From positions 496,001 to 560,000 of the forward strand of contig OZ059899.1 of NCBI GenBank assembly GCA_964057225.1: a stretch of 64,000 bases of DNA, in the 5' to 3' direction. Numbering within the stretch: the stretch's first letter is position 1; each line of letters opens with the position of its first letter. Shown piece by piece: positions 26,400-41,562 of the stretch. The notes beneath the pieces are model-generated. The model worked only from the letters and a program-made list of their open reading frames with translations, was not told where the DNA came from and made no database searches. The translations under genes were made by a program, and so were the position numbers. This DNA is from Auanema rhodensis (Eukaryota > Animalia > Nematoda).

Positions 26400-29300
26400 T
26401 TAATTAGCATAAATTAAAGTTCACGTAAATTTCAAAGTCATGATTACCATGAACTAATATCAATAAAAATTTGTTTTTAGACTAATATGGACATGGGGAA
26501 TCTAATTTTGAAAACCGCATCTCTTTATCTTTCACGTGAAGCGAGTTACATACCAAGTGCACATCACGTGTACATTTAATTAGCATAAATTAAAGTTCAC
26601 GTAAATTTCAAAGTCATGGTTACCATGAACCAATATCGATAAAAATTTGTTTTTAGACTAATATGGACATGGGGAATCTAATTTTGAAAACCGCATCTCT
26701 TTATCTTTCACGTGAAGCGAGTTACATACCAAGTGCACATCACGTGTACATTTAATTAGCATAAATTAAAGTTCACGTAAATTTCAAAGTCATGGTTACC
26801 ATGAACCAATATCAATAAAAATTTGTTTTTAGACTAATATGGACATGGGGAATCTAATTTTGAAAACCGCATCTCTTTATCTTTCACGTGAAGCGAGTTA
26901 CATACCAAGTGCACATCACGTGTACATTTAATTAGCATAAATTAAAGTTCACGTAAATTTCAAAGTCATGGTTACCATGAACCAATATCAATAAAAATTT
27001 GTTTTTAGACTAATATGGACATGGGGAATCTAATTTTGAAAACCGCATCTCTTTATCTTTCACGTGAAGCGAGTTACATACCAAGTGCACATCACGTGTA
27101 CATTTAATTAGCATAAATTAAAGTTCACGTAAATTTCAAAGTCATGGTTACCATGCACCAATATCAATAAAAATTTGTTTTTAGACTAATATGGACATGG
27201 GGAATCTAATTTTGAAAACCGCATCTCTTTATCTTTCACGTGAAGCGAGTTACATACCAAGTGCACATCACGTGTACATTTAATTAGCATAAATTAAAGT
27301 TCACGTAAATTTCAAAGTCATGGTTACCATGAACCAATATCAATAAAAATTTGTTTTTAGACTAATATGGACATGGGGAATCTAATTTTGAAAACCGCAT
27401 CTCTTTATCTTTCACGTGAAGCGAGTTACATACCAAGTGCACATCACGTGTACATTTAATTAGCATAAATTAAAGTTCACGTAAATTTCAAAGTCATGGT
27501 TACCATGAACCAATATCAATAAAAATTTGTTTTTAGACTAATATGGACATGGGGAATCTAATTTTGAAAACCGCATTTCTTTATCTTTCACGTGAAGCGA
27601 GTTACATACCAAGTGCACATCACGTGTACATTTAATTAGCATAAATTAAAGTTCACGTAAATTTCAAAGTCATGGTTACCATGCACCAATATCAATAAAA
27701 ATTTGTTTTTAGACTAATATGGACATGGGGAATCTAATTTTGAAAACCGCATCTCTTTATCTTTCAGGTGAAGCGAGTTACATACCAAGTGCACATCACG
27801 TGTACATTTAATTAGCATAAATTAAAGTTCACGTAAATTTCAAAGTCATGGTTACCATGAACCAATATCAATAAAAATTTGTTTTTAGACTAATATGGAC
27901 ATGGGGAATCTAATTTTGAAAACCGCATCTCTTTATCTTTCACGTGAAGCGAGTTACATACCAAGTGCACATCACGTGTACATTTAATTAGCATAAATTA
28001 AAGTTCACGTAAATTTCAAAGTCATGGTTACCATGAACCAATATCAATAAAAATTTGTTTTTAGACTAATATGGACATGGGGAATCTAATTTTGAAAACC
28101 GCATCTCTTTATCTTTCACGTGAAGCGAGTTACATACCAAGTGCACATCACGTGTACATTTAATTAGCATAAATTAAAGTTCACGTAAATTTCAAAGTCA
28201 TGGTTACCATGCACCAATATCAATAAAAATTTGTTTTTAGACTAATATGGACATGGGGAATCTAATTTTGAAAACCGCATCTCTTTATCTTTCACGTGAA
28301 GCGAGTTACATACCAAGTGCACATCACGTGTACATTTAATTAGCATAAATTAAAGTTCACGTAAATTTCAAAGTCATGGTTACCAAGAACCAATATCAAT
28401 AAAAATTTGTTTTTAGACTAATATGGACATGGGGAATCTAATTTTGAAAACCGCATTTCTTTATCTTTCACGTGAAGCGAGTTACATACCAAGTGCACAT
28501 CACGTGTACATTTAATTAGCATAAATTAAAGTTCACGTAAATTTCAAAGTCATGGTTACCATGCACCAATATCAATAAAAATTTGTTTTTAGACTAATAT
28601 GGACATGGGGAATCTAATTTTGAAAACCGCATCTCTTTATCTTTCACGTGAAGCGAGTTACATACCAAGTGCACATCACGTGTACATTTAATTAGCATAA
28701 ATTAAAGTTCACGTAAATTTCAAAGTCATGGTTACCAAGAACCAATATCAATAAAAATTTGTTTTTAGACTAATATGGACATGGGGAATCTAATTTTGAA
28801 AACCGCATTTCTTTATCTTTCACGTGAAGCGAGTTACATACCAAGTGCACATCACGTGTACATTTAATTAGCATAAATTAAAGTTCACGTAAATTTCAAA
28901 GTCATGGTTACCATGCACCAATATCAATAAAAATTTGTTTTTAGACTAATATGGACATGGGGAATCTAATTTTGAAAACCGCATCTCTTTATCTTTCACG
29001 TGAAGCGAGTTACATACCAAGTGCACATCACGTGTACATTTAATTAGCATAAATTAAAGTTCACGTAAATTTCAAAGTCATGGTTACTATGCACCAATAT
29101 CAATAAAAATTTGTTTTTAGACTAATATGGACATGGGGAATCTAATTTTGAAAACCGCATCTCTTTATCTTTCACGTGAAGCGAGTTACATACCAAGTGC
29201 ACATCACGTGTACATTTAATTAGCATAAATTAAAGTTCACGTAAATTTCAAAGTCATGGTTACCATGCACCAATATCAATAAAAATTTGTTTTTAGACTA

Positions 29301-32300
29301 ATATGGACATGGGGAATCTGATTTTGAAAACCGCATCTCTTTATCTTTCACGTGAAGCGAGTTACATACCAAGTGCACATCACGTGTACATTTAATTAGC
29401 ATAAATTAAAGTTCACGTAAATTTCAAAGTCATGGTTACCATGAACCAATATCAATAAAAATTTGTTTTTAGACTAATATGGACATGGGGAATCTAATTT
29501 TGAAAACCGCATCTCTTTATCTTTCACGTGAAGCGAGTTACATACCAAGTGCACATCACGTGTACATTTAATTAGCATAAATTAAAGTTCACGTAAATTT
29601 CAAAGTCATGGTTACCATGAACCAATATCAATAAAAATTTGTTTTTAGACTAATATGGACATGGGGAATCTAATTTTGAAAACCGCATCTCTTTATCTTT
29701 CACGTGAAGCGAGTTACATACCAAGTGCACATCACGTGTACATTTAATTAACATAAATTAAAGTTCACGTAAATTTCAAAGTCATGGTTACCATGAACCA
29801 ATATCAATAAAAATTTGTTTTTAGACTAATATTGACATGGGGAATCTAATTTTGAAAACCGCATCTCTTTATCTTTCACGTGAAGCGAGTTACATACCAA
29901 GTGCACATCACGTGTACATTTAATTAGCATAAATTAAAGTTCACGTAAATTTCAAAGTCATGGTTACCATGAACCAATATCAATAAAAATTTGTTTTTAG
30001 ACTAATATGGACATGGGGAATCTAATTTTGAAAACCGCATCTCTTTATCTTTCACGTGAAGCGAGTTACATACCAAGTGCACATCACGTGTACATTTAAT
30101 TAGCATAAATTAAAGTTCACGTAAATTTCAAAGTCATGGTTACCATGAACCAATATCAATAAAAATTTGTTTTTAGACTAATATGGACATGGGGAATCTA
30201 ATTTTGAAAACCGCATCTCTTTATCTTTCACGTGAAGCGAGTTACATACCAAGTGCACATCACGTGTACATTTAATTAGCATAAATTAAAGTTCACGTAA
30301 ATTTCAAAGTCATGGTTACCATGAACCAATATCAATAAAAATTTGTTTTTAGACTAATATGGACATGGGGAATCTAATTTTGAAAACCGCATCTCTTTAT
30401 CTTTCACGTGAAGCGAGTTACATACCAAGTGCACATCACGTGTACATTTAATTAGCATAAATTAAAGTTCACGTAAATTTCAAAGTCATGGTTACCATGC
30501 ACCAATATCAATAAAAATTTGTTTTTAGACTACTTTTGACTGTTTTTAGACCCATCACGTGTACATTTAATTAGCATAAATTAAAGTTCACGTAAATTTC
30601 AAAGTCATGGTTACCATGCACCAATATCAATAAAAATTTGTTTTTAGACTAATATGGACATGGGGAATCTAATTTTGAAAACCGCATCTCTTTATCTTTC
30701 ACGTGAAGCGAGTTACATACCAAGTGCACATCACGTGTACATTTAATTAGCATAAATTAAAGTTCACGTAAATTTCAAAGTCATGATTACCATGAACTAA
30801 TATCAATAAAAATTTGTTTTTAGACTAATATGGACATGGGGAATCTAATTTTGAAAACCGCATCTCTTTATCTTTCACGTGAAGCGAGTTACATACCAAG
30901 TGCACATCACGTGTACATTTAATTAGCATAAATTAAAGTTCACGTAAATTTCAAAGTCATGGTTACCATGAACCAATATCAATAAAAATTTGTTTTTAGA
31001 CTAATATGGACATGGGGAATCTAATTTTGAAAACCGCATCTCTTTATCTTTCACGTGAAGCGAGTTACATACCAAGTGCACATCACGTGTACATTTAATT
31101 AGCATAAATTAAAGTTCACGTAAATTTCAAAGTCATGGTTACCATGAACCAATATCAATAAAAATTTGTTTTTAGACTAATATGGACATGGGGAATCTAA
31201 TTTTGAAAACCGCATCTCTTTATCTTTCACGTGAAGCGAGTTACATACCAAGTGCACATCACGTGTACATTTAATTAGCATAAATTAAAGTTCACGTAAA
31301 TTTCAAAGTCATGGTTACCATGAACCAATATCAATAAAAATTTGTTTTTAGACTAATATGGACATGGGGAATCTAATTTTGAAAACCGCATCTCTTTATC
31401 TTTCACGTGAAGCGAGTTACATACCAAGTGCACATCACGTGTACATTTAATTAGCATAAATTAAAGTTCACGTAAATTTCAAAGTCATGGTTACCATGCA
31501 CCAATATCAATAAAAATTTGTTTTTAGACTAATATGGACATGGGGAATCTAATTTTGAAAACCGCATCTCTTTATCTTTCACGTGAAGCGAGTTACATAC
31601 CAAGTGCACATCACGTGTACATTTAATTAGCATAAATTAAAGTTCACGTAAATTTCAAAGTCATGGTTACCATGAACCAATATCAATAAAAATTTGTTTT
31701 TAGACTAATATGGACATGGGGAATCTAATTTTGAAAACCGCATCTCTTTATCTTTCACGTGAAGCGAGTTACATACCAAGTGCACATCACGTGTACATTT
31801 AATTAGCATAAATTAAAGTTCACGTAAATTTCAAAGTCATGGTTACCATGAACCAATATCAATAAAAATTTGTTTTTAGACTAATATGGACATGGGGAAT
31901 CTAATTTTGAAAACCGCATTTCTTTATCTTTCACGTGAAGCGAGTTACATACCAAGTGCACATCACGTGTACATTTAATTAGCATAAATTAAAGTTCACG
32001 TAAATTTCAAAGTCATGGTTACCATGCACCAATATCAATAAAAATTTGTTTTTAGACTAATATGGACATGGGGAATCTAATTTTGAAAACCGCATCTCTT
32101 TATCTTTCAGGTGAAGCGAGTTACATACCAAGTGCACATCACGTGTACATTTAATTAGCATAAATTAAAGTTCACGTAAATTTCAAAGTCATGGTTACCA
32201 TGAACCAATATCAATAAAAATTTGTTTTTAGACTAATATGGACATGGGGAATCTAATTTTGAAAACCGCATCTCTTTATCTTTCACGTGAAGCGAGTTAC

Positions 32301-34150
32301 ATACCAAGTGCACATCACGTGTACATTTAATTAGCATAAATTAAAGTTCACGTAAATTTCAAAGTCATGGTTACCATGAACCAATATCAATAAAAATTTG
32401 TTTTTAGACTAATATGGACATGGGGAATCTAATTTTGAAAACCGCATCTCTTTATCTTTCACGTGAAGCGATTTACATACCAAGTGCACATCACGTGTAC
32501 ATTTAATTAGCATAAATTAAAGTTCACGTAAATTTCAAAGTCATGGTTACCATGCACCAATATCAATAAAAATTTGTTTTTAGACTAATATGGACATGGG
32601 GAATCTAATTTTGAAAACCGCATCTCTTTATCTTTCACGTGAAGCGAGTTACATACCAAGTGCACATCACGTGTACATTTAATTAGCATAAATTAAAGTT
32701 CACGTAAATTTCAAAGTCATGGTTACCAAGAACCAATATCAATAAAAATTTGTTTTTAGACTAATATGGACATGGGGAATCTAATTTTGAAAACCGCATT
32801 TCTTTATCTTTCACGTGAAGCGAGTTACATACCAAGTGCACATCACGTGTACATTTAATTAGCATAAATTAAAGTTCACGTAAATTTCAAAGTCATGGTT
32901 ACCATGCACCAATATCAATAAAAATTTGTTTTTAGACTAATATGGACATGGGGAATCTAATTTTGAAAACCGCATCTCTTTATCTTTCACGTGAAGCGAG
33001 TTACATACCAAGTGCACATCACGTGTACATTTAATTAGCATAAATTAAAGTTCACGTAAATTTCAAAGTCATGGTTACCAAGAACCAATATCAATAAAAA
33101 TTTGTTTTTAGACTAATATGGACATGGGGAATCTAATTTTGAAAACCGCATTTCTTTATCTTTCACGTGAAGCGAGTTACATACCAAGTGCACATCACGT
33201 GTACATTTAATTAGCATAAATTAAAGTTCACGTAAATTTCAAAGTCATGGTTACCATGCACCAATATCAATAAAAATTTGTTTTTAGACTAATATGGACA
33301 TGGGGAATCTAATTTTGAAAACCGCATCTCTTTATCTTTCACGTGAAGCGAGTTACATACCAAGTGCACATCACGTGTACATTTAATTAGCATAAATTAA
33401 AGTTCACGTAAATTTCAAAGTCATGGTTACTATGCACCAATATCAATAAAAATTTGTTTTTAGACTAATATGGACATGGGGAATCTAATTTTGAAAACCG
33501 CATCTCTTTATCTTTCACGTGAAGCGAGTTACATACCAAGTGCACATCACGTGTACATTTAATTAGCATAAATTAAAGTTCACGTAAATTTCAAAGTCAT
33601 GGTTACCATGCACCAATATCAATAAAAATTTGTTTTTAGACTAATATGGACATGGGGAATCTGATTTTGAAAACCGCATCTCTTTATCTTTCACGTGAAG
33701 CGAGTTACATACCAAGTGCACATCACGTGTACATTTAATTAGCATAAATTAAAGTTCACGTAAATTTCAAAGTCATGGTTACCATGAACCAATATCAATA
33801 AAAATTTGTTTTTAGACTAATATGGACATGGGGAATCTAATTTTGAAAACCGCATCTCTTTATCTTTCACGTGAAGCGAGTTACATACCAAGTGCACATC
33901 ACGTGTACATTTAATTAGCATAAATTAAAGTTCACGTAAATTTCAAAGTCATGGTTACCATGAACCAATATCAATAAAAATTTGTTTTTAGACTAATATG
34001 GACATGGGGAATCTAATTTTGAAAACCGCATCTCTTTATCTTTCACGTGAAGCGAGTTACATACCAAGTGCACATCACGTGTACATTTAATTAACATAAA
34101 TTAAAGTTCACGTAAATTTCAAAGTCATGGTTACCATGAACCAATATCAA
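26400..34150 (+). repeat. About 4.3-kb tandem segmental duplication inside the array
   Basis: Rare variants recur at offset 4343 (24x176+119): TGATTACC (about 26441/30784), TCAGGTG (about 27765/32108), ACCAAGAACC (about 28382/32725). Boundaries are approximate. Confidence 0.8.
30527..30645 (+). repeat. 119-bp deletion monomer, copy 2
   Basis: Identical deletion and filler junction. Confidence 0.95.
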
Positions 34151-35749
34151 TAAAAATTAGTTTTAAGACTAATATGGACATGGGGAATCTAATTTTGAAA
34201 ACCGCATCTCTTTATCTTTCACGTGAAGCGAGTTACATACCAAGTGCACATCACGTGTACATTTAATTAGCATAAATTAAAGTTCACGTAAATTTCAAAG
34301 TCATGGTTACTATGCACCAATATCAATAAAAATTTGTTTTTAGACTAATATGGACATGGGGAATCTAATTTTGAAAACCGCATCTCTTTATCTTTCACGT
34401 GAAGCGAGTTACATACCAAGTGCACATCACGTGTACATTTAATTAGCATAAATTAAAGTTCACGTAAATTTCAAAGTCATGGTTACCATGCACCAATATC
34501 AATAAAAATTTGTTTTTAGACTAATATGGACATGGGGAATCTGATTTTGAAAACCGCATCTCTTTATCTTTCACGTGAAGCGAGTTACATACCAAGTGCA
34601 CATCACGTGTACATTTAATTAGCATAAATTAAAGTTCACGTAAATTTCAAAGTCATGGTTACCATGAACCAATATCAATAAAAATTTGTTTTTAGACTAA
34701 TATGGACATGGGGAATCTAATTTTGAAAACCGCATCTCTTTATCTTTCACGTGAAGCGAGTTACATACCAAGTGCACATCACGTGTACATTTAATTAGCA
34801 TAAATTAAAGTTCACGTAAATTTCAAAGTCATGGTTACCATGAACCAATATCAATAAAAATTTGTTTTTAGACTAATATGGACATGGGGAATCTAATTTT
34901 GAAAACCGCATCTCTTTATCTTTCACGTGAAGCGAGTTACATACCAAGTGCACATCACGTGTACATTTAATTAACATAAATTAAAGTTCACGTAAATTTC
35001 AAAGTCATGGTTACCATGAACCAATATCAATAAAAATTTGTTTTTAGACTAATATGGACATGGGGAATCTAATTTTGAAAACCGCATTTCTTTATCTTTC
35101 ACGTGAAGCGAGTTACATACCAAGTGCACATCACGTGTACATTTAATTAGCATAAATTAAAGTTCACGTAAATTTCAAAGTCATGGTTACCATGCACCAA
35201 TATCAATAAAAATTTGTTTTTAGACTAATATGGACATGGGGAATCTAATTTTGAAAACCACATCTCTTTATCTTTCACGTGAAGCGAGTTACATACCAAG
35301 TGCACATCACGTGTACATTTAATTAGCATAAATTAAAGTTCACGTAAATTTCAAAGTCATGGTTACCATGAACCAATATCAATAAAAATTTGTTTTTAGA
35401 CTAATATGGACATGGGGAATCTAATTTTGAAAACCGCATCTCTTTATCTTTCACGTGAAGCGAGTTACATACCAAGTGCACATCACGTGTACATTTAATT
35501 AGCATAAATTAAAGTTCACGTAAATTTCAAAGTCATGGTTACCATGAACCAATATCAATAAAAATTTGTTTTTAGACTAATATGGACATGGGGAATCTAA
35601 TTTTGAAAACCGCATCTCTTTATCTTTCACGTGAAGCGAGTTACATACCAAGTGCACATCACGTGTACATTTAATTAGCATAAATTAAAGTTCACGTAAA
35701 TTTCAAAGTCATGGTTACCATGCACCAATATCAATAAAAATTCGTTTTT

Positions 35750-35868
35750 AGACTACTTTTGACTGTTTTTAGACCCATCACGTGTACATTTAATTAGCAT
35801 AAATTAAAGTTCACGTAAATTTCAAAGTCATGGTTACCATGCACCAATATCAATAAAAATTTGTTTTT
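35750..35868 (+). repeat. 119-bp deletion monomer, copy 3
   Basis: Identical deletion and filler junction. Confidence 0.95.
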
Positions 35869-38332
35869 AGACTAATATGGACATGGGGAATCTAATTTTG
35901 AAAACCGCATCTCTTTATCTTTCACGTGAAGCGAGTTACATACCAAGTGCACATCACGTGTACATTTAATTAGCATAAATTAAAGTTCACGTAAATTTCA
36001 AAGTCATGATTACCATGAACTAATATCAATAAAAATTTGTTTTTAGACTAATATGGACATGGGGAATCTAATTTTGAAAACCGCATCTCTTTATCTTTCA
36101 CGTGAAGCGAGTCACATACCAAGTGCACATCACGTGTACATTTAATTAGCATAAATTAAAGTTCACGTAAATTTCAAAGTCATGGTTACCATGAACCAAT
36201 ATCATTAAAAATTTGTTTTTAGACTAATATGGACATGGGGAATCTAATTTTGAAAACCGCATCTCTTTATCTTTCACGTGAAGCGAGTTACATACCAAGT
36301 GCACATCACGTGTACATTTAATTAGCATAAATTAAAGTTCACGTAAATTTCAAAGTCATGGTTACCATGAACCAATATCAATAAAAATTTGTTTTTAGAC
36401 TAATATGGACATGGGGAATCTAATTTTGAAAACCGCATCTCTTTATCTTTCACGTGAAGCGAGTTACATACCAAGTGCACATCACGTGTACATTTAATTA
36501 GCATAAATTAAAGTTCACGTAAATTTCAAAGTCATGGTTACCATGAACCAATATCAATAAAAATTTGTTTTTAGACTAATATGGACATGGGGAATCTAAT
36601 TTTGAAAACCGCATCTCTTTATCTTTCACGTGAAGCGAGTTACATACCAAGTGCACATCACGTGTACATTTAATTAGCATAAATCAAAGTTCACGTAAAT
36701 TTCAAAGTCATGGTTACCATGAACCAATATCAATAAAAATTTGTTTTTAGACTAATATGGACATGGGGAATCTAATTTTGAAAACCGCATCTCTTTATCT
36801 TTCACGTGAAGCGAGTTACATACCAAGTGCACATCACGTGTACATTTAATTAGCATAAATTAAAGTTCACGTAAATTTCAAAGTCATGGTTACCATGCAC
36901 CAATATCAATAAAAATTTGTTTTTAGACTAATATGGACATGGGGAATCTAATTTTGAAAACCGCATCTCTTTATCTTTCACGTGAAGCGAGTTACATACC
37001 AAGTGCACATCACGTGTACATTTAATTAGCATAAATTAAAGTTCACGTAAATTTCAAAGTCATGGTTACCATGAACCAATATCAATAAAAATTTGTTTTT
37101 AGACTAATATGGACATGGGGAATCTAATTTTGAAAACCGCATCTCTTTATCTTTCACGTGAAGCGAGTTACATACCAAGTGCACATCACGTGTACATTTA
37201 ATTAGCATAAATTAAAGTTCACGTAAATTTCAAAGTCATGGTTACCATGAACCAATATCAATAAAAATTTGTTTTTAGACTAATATGGACATGGGGAATC
37301 TAATTTTGAAAACCGCATCTCTTTATCTTTCACGTGAAGCGAGTTACATACCAAGTGCACATCACGTGTACATTTAATTAGCATAAATTAAAGTTCACGT
37401 AAATTTCAAAGTCATGGTTACCATGAACCAATATCAATAAAAATTTGTTTTTAGACTAATATGGACATGGGGAATCTAATTTTGAAAACCGCATCTCTTT
37501 ATCTTTCACGTGAAGCGAGTTACATACCAAGTGCACATCACGTGTACATTTAATTAGCATAAATTAAAGTTCACGTAAATTTCAAAGTCATGGTTACCAT
37601 GAACCAATATCAATAAAAATTTGTTTTTAGACTAATATGGACATGGGGAATCTAATTTTGAAAACCGCATCTCTATATCTTTCACGTGAAGCGAGTTACA
37701 TACCAAGTGCACATCACGTGTACATTTAATTAGCATAAATTAAAGTTCACGTAAATTTCAAAGTCATGGTTACCATGCACCAATATCAATAAAAATTTGT
37801 TTTTAGACTAATATGGACATGGGGAATCTAATTTTGAAAACCGCATCTCTTTATCTTTCACGTGAAGCGAGTTACATACCAAGTGCACATCACGTGTACA
37901 TTTAATTAGCATAAATTAAAGTTCACGTAAATTTCAAAGTCATGGTTACCATGAACCAATATCAATAAAAATTTGTTTTTAGACTAATATGGACATGGGG
38001 AATCTAATTTTGAAAACCGCATCTCTTTATCTTTCACGTGAAGCGAGTTACATACCAAGTGCACATCACGTGTACATTTAATTAGCATAAATTAAAGTTC
38101 ACGTAAATTTCAAAGTCATGGTTACCATGAACCAATATCAATAAAAATTTGTTTTTAGACTAATATGGACATGGGGAATCTAATTTTGAAAACCGCATCT
38201 CTTTATCTTTCACGTGAAGCGAGTTACATACCAAGTGCACATCACGTGTACATTTAATTAGCATAAATTAAAGTTCACGTAAATTTCAAAGTCATGGTTA
38301 CCATGCACCAATATCAATAAAAATTTGTTTTT

Positions 38333-38451
38333 AGACTACTTTTGACTGTTTTTAGACCCATCACGTGTACATTTAATTAGCATAAATTAAAGTTCACGTA
38401 AATTTCAAAGTCATGGTTACCATGCACCAATATCAATAAAAATTTGTTTTT
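38333..38451 (+). repeat. 119-bp deletion monomer, copy 4
   Basis: Identical deletion and filler junction. Confidence 0.95.
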
Positions 38452-41443
38452 AGACTAATATGGACATGGGGAATCTAATTTTGAAAACCGCATCTCTTTA
38501 TCTTTCACGTGAAGCGAGTTACATACCAAGTGCACATCACGTGTACATTTAATTAGCATAAATTAAAGTTCACGTAAATTTCAAAGTCATGGTTACCATG
38601 AACCAATATCAATAAAAATTTGTTTTTAGACTAATATGGACATGGGGAATCTAATTTTGAAAACCGCATCTCTTTATATTTCACGTGAAGCGAGTTACAT
38701 ACCAAGTGCACATCACGTGTACATTTAATTAGCATAAATTAAAGTTCACGTAAATTTCAAAGTCATGGTTACCATGAACCAATATCAATAAAAATTTGTT
38801 TTTAGACTAATATGGACATGGGGAATCTAATTTTGAAAACCGCATCTCTTTATCTTTCACGTGAAGCGAGTTACATACCAAGTGCACATCACGTGTACAT
38901 TTAATTAGCATAAATTAAAGTTCACGTAAATTTCAAAGTCATGGTTACCATGCACCAATATCAATAAAAATTTGTTTTTAGACTAATATGGACATGGGGA
39001 ATCTAATTTTGAAAACCGCATCTCTTTATCTTTCACGTGAAGCGAGTTACATACCAAGTGCACATCACGTGTACATTTAATTAGCATAAATTAAAGTTCA
39101 CGTAAATTTCAAAGTCATGGTTACTATGCACCAATATCAATAAAAATTTGTTTTTAGACTAATATGGACATGGGGAATCTAATTTTGAAAACCGCATCTC
39201 TTTATCTTTCACGTGAAGCGAGTTACATACCAAGTGCACATCACGTGTACATTTAATTAGCATAAATTAAAGTTCACGTAAATTTCAAAGTCATGGTTAC
39301 CATGCACCAATATCAATAAAAATTTGTTTTTAGACTAATATGGACATGGGGAATCTGATTTTGAAAACCGCATCTCTTTATCTTTCACGTGAAGCGAGTT
39401 ACATACCAAGTGCACATCACGTGTACATTTAATTAGCATAAATTAAAGTTCACGTAAATTTCAAAGTCATGGTTACCATGAACCAATATCAATAAAAATT
39501 TGTTTTTAGACTAATATGGACATGGGGAATCTAATTTTGAAAACCGCATCTCTTTATCTTTCACGTGAAGCGAGTTACATACCAAGTGCACATCACGTGT
39601 ACATTTAATTAGCATAAATTAAAGTTCACGTAAATTTCAAAGTCATGGTTACCATGAACCAATATCAATAAAAATTTGTTTTTAGACTAATATGGACATG
39701 GGGAATCTAATTTTGAAAACCGCATCTCTTTATCTTTCACGTGAAGCGAGTTACATACCAAGTGCACATCACGTGTACATTTAATTAACATAAATTAAAG
39801 TTCACGTAAATTTCAAAGTCATGGTTACCATGAACCAATATCAATAAAAATTAGTTTTTAGACTAATATGGACATGGGGAATCTAATTTTGAAAACCGCA
39901 TCTCTTTATCTTTCACGTGAAGCGAGTTACATACCAAGTGCACATCACGTGTACATTTAATTAGCATAAATTAAAGTTCACGTAAATTTCAAAGTCATGG
40001 TTACTATGCACCAATATCAATAAAAATTTGTTTTTAGACTAATATGGACATGGGGAATCTAATTTTGAAAACCGCATCTCTTTATCTTTCACGTGAAGCG
40101 AGTTACATACCAAGTGCACATCACGTGTACATTTAATTAGCATAAATTAAAGTTCACGTAAATTTCAAAGTCATGGTTACCATGCACCAATATCAATAAA
40201 AATTTGTTTTTAGACTAATATGGACATGGGGAATCTGATTTTGAAAACCGCATCTCTTTATCTTTCACGTGAAGCGAGTTACATACCAAGTGCACATCAC
40301 GTGTACATTTAATTAGCATAAATTAAAGTTCACGTAAATTTCAAAGTCATGGTTACCATGAACCAATATCAATAAAAATTTGTTTTTAGACTAATATGGA
40401 CATGGGGAATCTAATTTTGAAAACCGCATCTCTTTATCTTTCACGTGAAGCGAGTTACATACCAAGTGCACATCACGTGTACATTTAATTAGCATAAATT
40501 AAAGTTCACGTAAATTTCAAAGTCATGGTTACCATGAACCAATATCAATAAAAATTTGTTTTTAGACTAATATGGACATGGGGAATCTAATTTTGAAAAC
40601 CGCATCTCTTTATCTTTCACGTGAAGCGAGTTACATACCAAGTGCACATCACGTGTACATTTAATTAACATAAATTAAAGTTCACGTAAATTTCAAAGTC
40701 ATGGTTACCATGAACCAATATCAATAAAAATTTGTTTTTAGACTAATATGGACATGGGGAATCTAATTTTGAAAACCGCATTTCTTTATCTTTCACGTGA
40801 AGCGAGTTACATACCAAGTGCACATCACGTGTACATTTAATTAGCATAAATTAAAGTTCACGTAAATTTCAAAGTCATGGTTACCATGCACCAATATCAA
40901 TAAAAATTTGTTTTTAGACTAATATGGACATGGGGAATCTAATTTTGAAAACCACATCTCTTTATCTTTCACGTGAAGCGAGTTACATACCAAGTGCACA
41001 TCACGTGTACATTTAATTAGCATAAATTAAAGTTCACGTAAATTTCAAAGTCATGGTTACCATGAACCAATATCAATAAAAATTTGTTTTTAGACTAATA
41101 TGGACATGGGGAATCTAATTTTGAAAACCGCATCTCTTTATCTTTCACGTGAAGCGAGTTACATACCAAGTGCACATCACGTGTACATTTAATTAGCATA
41201 AATTAAAGTTCACGTAAATTTCAAAGTCATGGTTACCATGAACCAATATCAATAAAAATTTGTTTTTAGACTAATATGGACATGGGGAATCTAATTTTGA
41301 AAACCGCATCTCTTTATCTTTCACGTGAAGCGAGTTACATACCAAGTGCACATCACGTGTACATTTAATTAGCATAAATTAAAGTTCACGTAAATTTCAA
41401 AGTCATGGTTACCATGCACCAATATCAATAAAAATTTGTTTTT

Positions 41444-41562
41444 AGACTACTTTTGACTGTTTTTAGACCCATCACGTGTACATTTAATTAGCATAAATTA
41501 AAGTTCACGTAAATTTCAAAGTCATGGTTACCATGCACCAATATCAATAAAAATTTGTTTTT
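41444..41562 (+). repeat. 119-bp deletion monomer, copy 5
   Basis: Identical deletion and filler junction. Confidence 0.95.
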